DNA of 64,000 nucleotides from an uncultured Actinomycetota bacterium (GTDB lineage Bacteria; Actinomycetota; Actinomycetes; S36-B12; UBA10799): NCBI GenBank assembly GCA_963769435.1, contig CAVYLN010000002.1, positions 1,201,109 to 1,265,108 of the forward strand, read 5' to 3'. Shown piece by piece: positions 59,272 to 64,000 of this stretch (position 1 is its first letter; each line of letters starts with the position of its first letter). The notes under the pieces were generated by a model. It saw only the letters and a program-made list of their open reading frames with translations, ran no database searches and was not told where the DNA came from. The position numbers and the translations under genes were made by a program.

Positions 59272-59930
59272 GATTCCTCCAGGGTCACGACATACGAAAG
59301 TTGCTCGACACGGTCCTTGATCGTGTCGAAGGCGTCCAGGAATGCGGACTGCGGTCGTCCCACAGGGTCCGGCACCGACCAATGCAGGTGCGGCGTGTTG
59401 GACAGCTCCTCATCCGCGCTGTCGCACACCGTCACGAGCAGGGCATCGCCCGCGGATCCGGGGGTCAGTTGCTTGGGCGCCGCCCCACGCAGACTGAGCC
59501 CACGACGCTGCGCCGCCTTGCGCGCCATGGGGTTCACCCGGTCTGCGGGATGGGTGCCGCCCGATTCCACCGGAACGTCGCTGTGGTCGCGCCACAAGGC
59601 CTCGGCGAACTGTGACCGGGCCGAGTTGTGGGTGCACACGAAGACCACTTTGTGCGCCGGAATGGCGGTAGGTCGCAAGGTCTCCGCCCCCGTTGCGGTC
59701 AACTGCAGATAGGTACGGCGACGATCCCTCTCGGAGGGGTGACGCCGGACAACACCGGCATCCACGAGGATGCGCGAGTGGTGGGCCATGAGATTCGAGG
59801 GGACACCCAATTCCGCACTCAGTGAGGCAGGCGTGCGATCGCCGAGGAGCAGCGCCTCCGCCACGGCGAGCCGGATCGGATCCCCCAACGCCGCGAATAC
59901 GGCGGCTCGCTGCTGCAACTCAGTGTCCAT
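59268..59930 (-). CDS. ArsR-family HTH fused to an LMW-PTPase/ArsC-like domain
   Basis: N-terminus FAALGDPIRLAVAEALL...LMAHHSRILVDAGVV (ArsR wHTH). C-terminus FVCTHNSARSQFAEA (P-loop CX5R). Confidence 0.8.
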   Translation of the reverse strand: MDTELQQRAAVFAALGDPIRLAVAEALLLGDRTPASLSAELGVPSNLMAHHSRILVDAGVVRRHPSERDRRRTYLQLTATGAETLRPTAIPAHKVVFVCTHNSARSQFAEALWRDHSDVPVESGGTHPADRVNPMARKAAQRRGLSLRGAAPKQLTPGSAGDALLVTVCDSADEELSNTPHLHWSVPDPVGRPQSAFLDAFDTIKDRVEQLSYVVTLEES

Positions 59931-59940
59931 TGACTCAATG
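59928..59940. promoter_or_regulatory. Palindrome CATTGA-C-TCAATG overlapping the start codon of the ArsR-ArsC fusion gene
   Basis: Perfect 6-1-6 inverted repeat. Confidence 0.5.
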
Positions 59941-60028
59941 TTTACTGACTGATCTGGCCTTCGTCAAGGGTTGTCCACAGATGTTTTTGTGGGTCTGGTG
60001 GTGTCGTACCCTCGTACTAGTGTTCTAG

Positions 60029-61255
60029 GTGAAGGGGGGTGGTGGGGATGACGGTCACTGGCGCAGGTCACCGATCCGGACACGTGCTTTGGACGGGCTG
60101 CAGGCGCAGGTCGACGGTCTGCTGGGCATGGACCCGGCGGAATGGTCGTTGGAGCAGCTGGAACGGGCGATCCGCGACGTGCACACGATCACCGCACGGT
60201 TGGCCGCGGTGCAGGCCCGCGCCCTGGCCTGCTTCGATACCCGCGGTGGTGCGCAGATCGCCGGGGCGCGGACCACCGGTGACTGGCTGGCGAAAGCCAC
60301 CCGGATGCCGCCGAACCATGCCGGCTGGGCGGTGCACACCGCCCGCGCATTACGCGACCACCTGCCCGCCACCGCCGCCGCGCTGGCCGACGGGGTGATC
60401 AGCGTCGAGCATGTGAAAGCCATCCGCGGGGCGTGGCGGCAACTGGACCCCGCCGCGTTCACCGACGCCGAAGCCCAGATCGTGGCGTTCGCCGCCGCGC
60501 ACGACGTGCGCGCCCTGCGCGCGATGCTGGACCTGATCATCCAGAACTACCGCAAAGACACCCACGACAAAGACGCCGAGGACGCCCGCGAGCGCCGCCG
60601 CGCCCACCTGTCCTGCAGCCTGGACGGCTGGTGGCACCTCGACGGCCACCTCGACCCCGCCACCGGCGCCGCCCTGGCCGCCGCCCTGGACCTCTACGCC
60701 CAACCAGTCGCCGCCGACGACCCGCGCAGTCCCGCCCAACGCACCGCCGATGCCCTGGCCGAGATCGCCACCCGCGCCCTGGACCCGACCGACCGGCCCA
60801 CCGGCCTGGGCCACATCACCCTGACCCTCACCCCCGACCAGCTGGCCACCGGACTCGGCGCCCACTGGCCCTCAGGACTGCTCGCCTCCACAACCGACAT
60901 CCGCACCACCAGCTGCAGCGCGCACATCACCTACGTGGTCGGGATCCCCGTCGACGACGTGCACTGGCAACCCCTGGCCGTCGGATTCGCCGAACGCTAC
61001 GCCACCAAAGCCCAACGCGCCGCCCTAGCCGTCCGCGACGGCAACGGCTGCATCCACCCCGGCTGCACCGTCCCCGCCCACCGCTGCATCGCCCACCACA
61101 TCCGGCACTGGGACCACGGCGGCCCCACCGACCTGACGAACCTCGTCCTCATCTGCCACTACCACCACCGCCGCGTCCACCACGGCAAACTCACCATCAC
61201 CACCACCGAACACGGACACCACACCACCACCACCCGACCCCCACCCCTGGAATAG
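60029..61255 (+). mobile_element. DUF222 + HNH endonuclease protein (REP13E12-like element gene)
   Basis: N-terminal DUF222 pattern (LDGLQAQVDGLL...LARLAAVQARAL-type). C-terminal HNH (CIHPGCTVPAHRCIAHHIRHW...NLVLICHYHHRRVHHG). Sits between two ars gene sets. Confidence 0.8.
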
Positions 61256-61284
61256 CACGCAGGAGCTGGGCGTATACTTCAACT

Positions 61285-61590
61285 GTGATTGAATCAATTT
61301 CAATCGAATCGAGACCCGCGTGGCCGGACTCCGAGCAGGCGGTGAGTGTCCTGCAGGCCGTCGCTGATCCTGTGCGCTGGACAGTGCTCTCACGCCTGGC
61401 TACCGGCACCGCCTGCGTCTGCGAACTGCAGGAGCACTTCGACATCGCGCCGAACCTGCTGAGCTACCACCTCAAGGTGCTCCGGGACAACGACCTGGTG
61501 ACCACCGCCCGCCGCGGGCGCTGGGTGGACTACTCACTTGCACCGGATGCGGCAGCGAGGATCCGCGAGGCTCTGCCCGGGGGCGATTGA
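61285..61590 (+). CDS. arsR: ArsR family transcriptional repressor
   Basis: GTG at 61285. LQAVADPVRWTVLSRL, As(III)-site-like ACVCELQ, LSYHLKVLRDNDLV. Confidence 0.85.
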   Translation: MIESISIESRPAWPDSEQAVSVLQAVADPVRWTVLSRLATGTACVCELQEHFDIAPNLLSYHLKVLRDNDLVTTARRGRWVDYSLAPDAAARIREALPGGD

Positions 61591-61591
61591 C

Positions 61592-62642
61592 GTGACGACG
61601 CAGGTCCAATCCGCGCGGCCCACATGGTGGCGCTGGGCGGGCCTGGGTGCCGCAGCCCTCGCGTGGCTGGCCCTCTACCGGGTCAACGAACCGTTCTGGG
61701 ACTGGCTGATCTACGGCGTCTTCGGTTTGTCCCCGGACAGCGCCCTGGGCTCGAGCCTGCACTTCTTCGGCTACGACCTCGTCAAGATCGGACTCCTGCT
61801 GGTCGGGATCATCTTCGTGGTGACGGTCCTGCGTTCCTTCATGTCGATCGAACGCACCCGGGCCCTGCTGGGCGGCCGCCGCGAGGGCGTGGGGAACGTG
61901 ATGGCCGCGGGGCTGGGCGTGATCACCCCGTTCTGCTCGTGCAGTGCCGTCCCGGCGTTCATCGGCTTCGTGTCGGCCGGCGTGCCGATCGGAGTGACCA
62001 TGAGCTTCCTGATCGCGAGCCCGCTGGTCAACGAGATCGCGATCGGACTGCTGCTGGGGATGTTCGGCATCGGGCCGACGTTGCTGTACGTGGCCGCCGG
62101 CCTGACGATCGCGATCGTCGCGGGATGGACGCTGGGCCGACTGCACGCCGAGCGCTGGGTGGAGCCGTTCGTCTTCGAGACGCGCCTGCGCGGGCAGGTC
62201 ATCGATAGCTCCGCGGGACTCACCTGGGATGACCGGATCGCCATGGGCCGCGAGGAGGTGGCCACGATCCTGCGGAAGATCTGGCCGTACCTGCTCGTCG
62301 GGATCGGGGTCGGCGCGGTGATCCACGGGTGGGTGCCGACCGACTTCTTCGCGACCTACGCCAACGCCGACAACCCCCTGGGCGTGATCGTCGCCGTCGG
62401 CCTCGGGCGTACCGCTCTACTCCAACGCTGCGGGCGTCATGCCGCTCGTGCAGTCGCTGTACGGAGCAGGCCTGCCGATGGGGACCCTGCTGGCCTTCAT
62501 GATGAGTGTGGTGGCGCTCTCCCTTCCCGAGATGATCCTGCTGCGCCGGGTACTCAAGCCGCAGTTGATCGCCGCCTTCATCGCCGTCGTGGCCACCGGC
62601 ATCGTTGTCGTCGGCTACGGCTTCAACCTGCTCCTCACGTGA
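61592..62642 (+). pseudogene. DUF318/ArsP-like permease with one frameshift near 62408 (or assembly indel)
   Basis: GTG at 61592. TPFCSCSAVP motif is in frame 1. PLYSNAAGVMPLVQSLYGAGLPMGTLLAFMMS... continues in the frame of ORF 62439..62642. Confidence 0.75.
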
Positions 62643-62654
62643 AAGGAACACACC

Positions 62655-62891
62655 ATGGAGATCAAGATCCTCGGACCGGGATGCGCGAACTGCCACCGGC
62701 TCGAAGAACGCACCCACGAGGCGGCGGCAGCGCTGGGACTCGATGTGAAGCTCGAGAAGGTGACCGACCCGGCCGAGATCGCCAGCTTCGGAATCATGAG
62801 GACCCCCGGCCTGGTGGTCGACGACCAGGTTCTGGTCTCCGGTCGCGTGCCGACGACCGACGAGATCGGGCGCCTGCTCAGCGAACGGTGA
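62655..62891 (+). CDS. Thioredoxin-fold protein (redox-active disulfide protein 2 type)
   Basis: 78 aa. MEIKILGPGCANCHRLE with CxxC, the usual partner of DUF318 permeases. Confidence 0.85.
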   Translation: MEIKILGPGCANCHRLEERTHEAAAALGLDVKLEKVTDPAEIASFGIMRTPGLVVDDQVLVSGRVPTTDEIGRLLSER

Positions 62892-62894
62892 CGG

Positions 62895-63227
62895 TCACCC
62901 GAACAGCGTCCCGAGGTCGGCGAGGCGATCCGCGTCCGCACTGAACCACGCCCACTGCCCGCGCTGTTCGCGGTGGATCAATCCGGCCTGCGTGAGCACC
63001 TTGAGGTGATGGCTCACGGTCGGCTGGCTCAACCCCACCGGCTCGGTCAGATCACACGCGCACGCCTCACCGGACGACCTGATCAGGGACAACAACTGCA
63101 GGCGGACGGGGTCGGCGACGGCCTTGAGCACCTTTGCCAGGCGCTCGGCGTCCTCACGGCCCAGCGGTTCAGCCAACCCCGATTCACAACAGGCACTGAT
63201 GTCGATCACGGGAAGTTCTGCGTGCAT
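62895..63227 (-). CDS. ArsR/SmtB family metalloregulator
   Basis: LKAVADPVRLQLLSLI, CACDL metal site, SHHLKVLTQAGLI. N-terminal Cys pair (SACCESG). Confidence 0.85.
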   Translation of the reverse strand: MHAELPVIDISACCESGLAEPLGREDAERLAKVLKAVADPVRLQLLSLIRSSGEACACDLTEPVGLSQPTVSHHLKVLTQAGLIHREQRGQWAWFSADADRLADLGTLFG

Positions 63228-63236
63228 GCCACCTCC

Positions 63237-63283
63237 ATATTGACATTCATCAATACATGAGTAATATCGATATCGATCAATAT
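63237..63283. promoter_or_regulatory. AT-rich divergent operator/promoter region with nested palindromes
   Basis: ATATTGA (63237..63243) pairs with TCAATAC (63250..63256) and TCAATAT (63277..63283). Perfect 12-bp palindrome ATCGATATCGAT at 63266..63277. Confidence 0.6.
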
Positions 63284-63293
63284 AGGAGGAAAC

Positions 63294-63737
63294 ATGTCAC
63301 GAGTGCAACTGGCCATCAACGTCGCCGACCTCGAGGAATCCATCGCGTTCTACAGCAGACTCTTCGGTGTCGAACCGCACAAGCGGCGTGACGGGTACGC
63401 GAACTTCGCCGTGCAGGTCCCGCCGCTGAAACTGGTCCTGATCGAGAAGCCCGCGGCCGCCGGCACCATCAACCACCTCGGTGTCGAGGTGCAGAGCACC
63501 GCGGAGGTCGTGGCGGCCGTCGACCGGCTCGAAGGGCAGGGCCTGGCCACGCGCGAGGAGATGTCGACGGTCTGCTGCTATGCCTTGCAGGACAAGGTCT
63601 GGGTGGACGACCCCGAGGGCACGGCCTGGGAGGTCTACACGATCACCGACGACGATCCCGCTTCCGCGGCGCCCACGGACGGCTGCTGCACACCGACGAC
63701 GCTCACCCTGGCGGAATCGCCCAGCGCCTGCTGCTGA
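63294..63737 (+). CDS. ArsI/CadI family VOC (glyoxalase-fold) metalloenzyme
   Basis: MSRVQLAINVADLEESIAFYSRLFG, HLGVEV, vicinal Cys pair TVCCYALQDKVWV. Cys-rich C-terminus (CC...CC). Confidence 0.85.
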   Translation: MSRVQLAINVADLEESIAFYSRLFGVEPHKRRDGYANFAVQVPPLKLVLIEKPAAAGTINHLGVEVQSTAEVVAAVDRLEGQGLATREEMSTVCCYALQDKVWVDDPEGTAWEVYTITDDDPASAAPTDGCCTPTTLTLAESPSACC

Positions 63738-63750
63738 TCGAACCGCCGGT

Positions 63751-64000
63751 TCAGCCCGACTTCTCCGCCAGCAGCGCCGCCTTGGCTTCGCCGAGCCTGG
63801 CCACTTCCGACTCCGGCAACTCGGGGTACTCGAGGTCGAGGCCGGTGATGGTGGTGGTGATGATGTCTGAGACCACCGCACGCATGGCCCACTTCCGGTC
63901 GGCCGGGATCACGTACCAGGGCGCCCACTCGGTGCTCGTGGCATTGATCGCGTCTTCGAAGGCAGCCATGTAGTCGTCCCAGTACCCTCGCTCGACGATG
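63751..64000 (-). CDS. Polyphosphate kinase 2 (PPK2) family protein, C-terminal part (gene runs off the window end)
   Basis: YWDDYMAAFEDAINATSTEWAPWYVIPADRKWAMRAVV is the typical PPK2 C-terminus. Confidence 0.75.
   Translation of the reverse strand, partial: IVERGYWDDYMAAFEDAINATSTEWAPWYVIPADRKWAMRAVVSDIITTTITGLDLEYPELPESEVARLGEAKAALLAEKSG

Noticed and set aside
60433-61590. 385-aa Pro/Arg-rich ORF spanning the HNH gene and the arsR gene
   Set aside because: It is out of frame relative to the DUF222-HNH protein. Only its last ~100 codons (from GTG 61285) form the genuine ArsR protein.

Overview
This is a high-GC (hand spot counts about 70% G+C) Actinomycetota-type chromosomal segment, densely coding on both strands. 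No rRNA, CRISPR array, transposase or integrase was recognised, and there is one tRNA (tRNA-Lys UUU, 53918..53990, minus). Gene order: YciI fragment and a sub-60-aa Cys-rich ORF with a terminator; multi-PAS GGDEF-EAL protein; acyl-CoA dehydrogenase; DUF2277; membrane protein, lipoprotein and Tat-metallophosphoesterase operon; ABC exporter; HdeD. A minus-strand lipid operon follows (WS/DGAT, patatin, patatin, DUF2252). Then come a GH13 glucosidase, a 5'-truncated MFS remnant, DinB, an AlkA-like glycosylase and DUF302/AcpS. A tightly coupled minus-strand operon encodes an AMP-forming acyl-CoA synthetase, 2-oxoacid dehydrogenase E1alpha/E1beta/E2 and a dedicated ACP. After it: NPP-type phosphodiesterase, DUF389, PD40-like secreted protein, DUF5993/DsbB-like pair, saccharopine-dehydrogenase-like protein, Fur/PerR-peroxiredoxin operon, MaoC and MscS. 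The most unusual part is 42.8-52.0 kb, a visibly lower-GC locus. It holds a 1760-aa secreted protein with no family I can recognise, flanked by two other secreted proteins that share Lys/Arg-rich beta-type modules with it. The window ends with FUSC, cupin, tRNA-Lys, AKR, hydrolase, flavodoxin-like and DM13 genes, then a composite arsenic/metal island. That island comprises an ArsR-ArsC fusion, long ArsC, aquaporin and ArsC; a DUF222-HNH element; ArsR, an ArsP-like permease and a thioredoxin-like protein; ArsR/SmtB with ArsI/CadI; and a partial PPK2. About 15 single-nucleotide frameshifts interrupt otherwise well-conserved genes. These are either assembly indel errors or genuine gene decay, and I cannot tell which without reads. 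All calls come from hand translation and family motifs; no database search was run.
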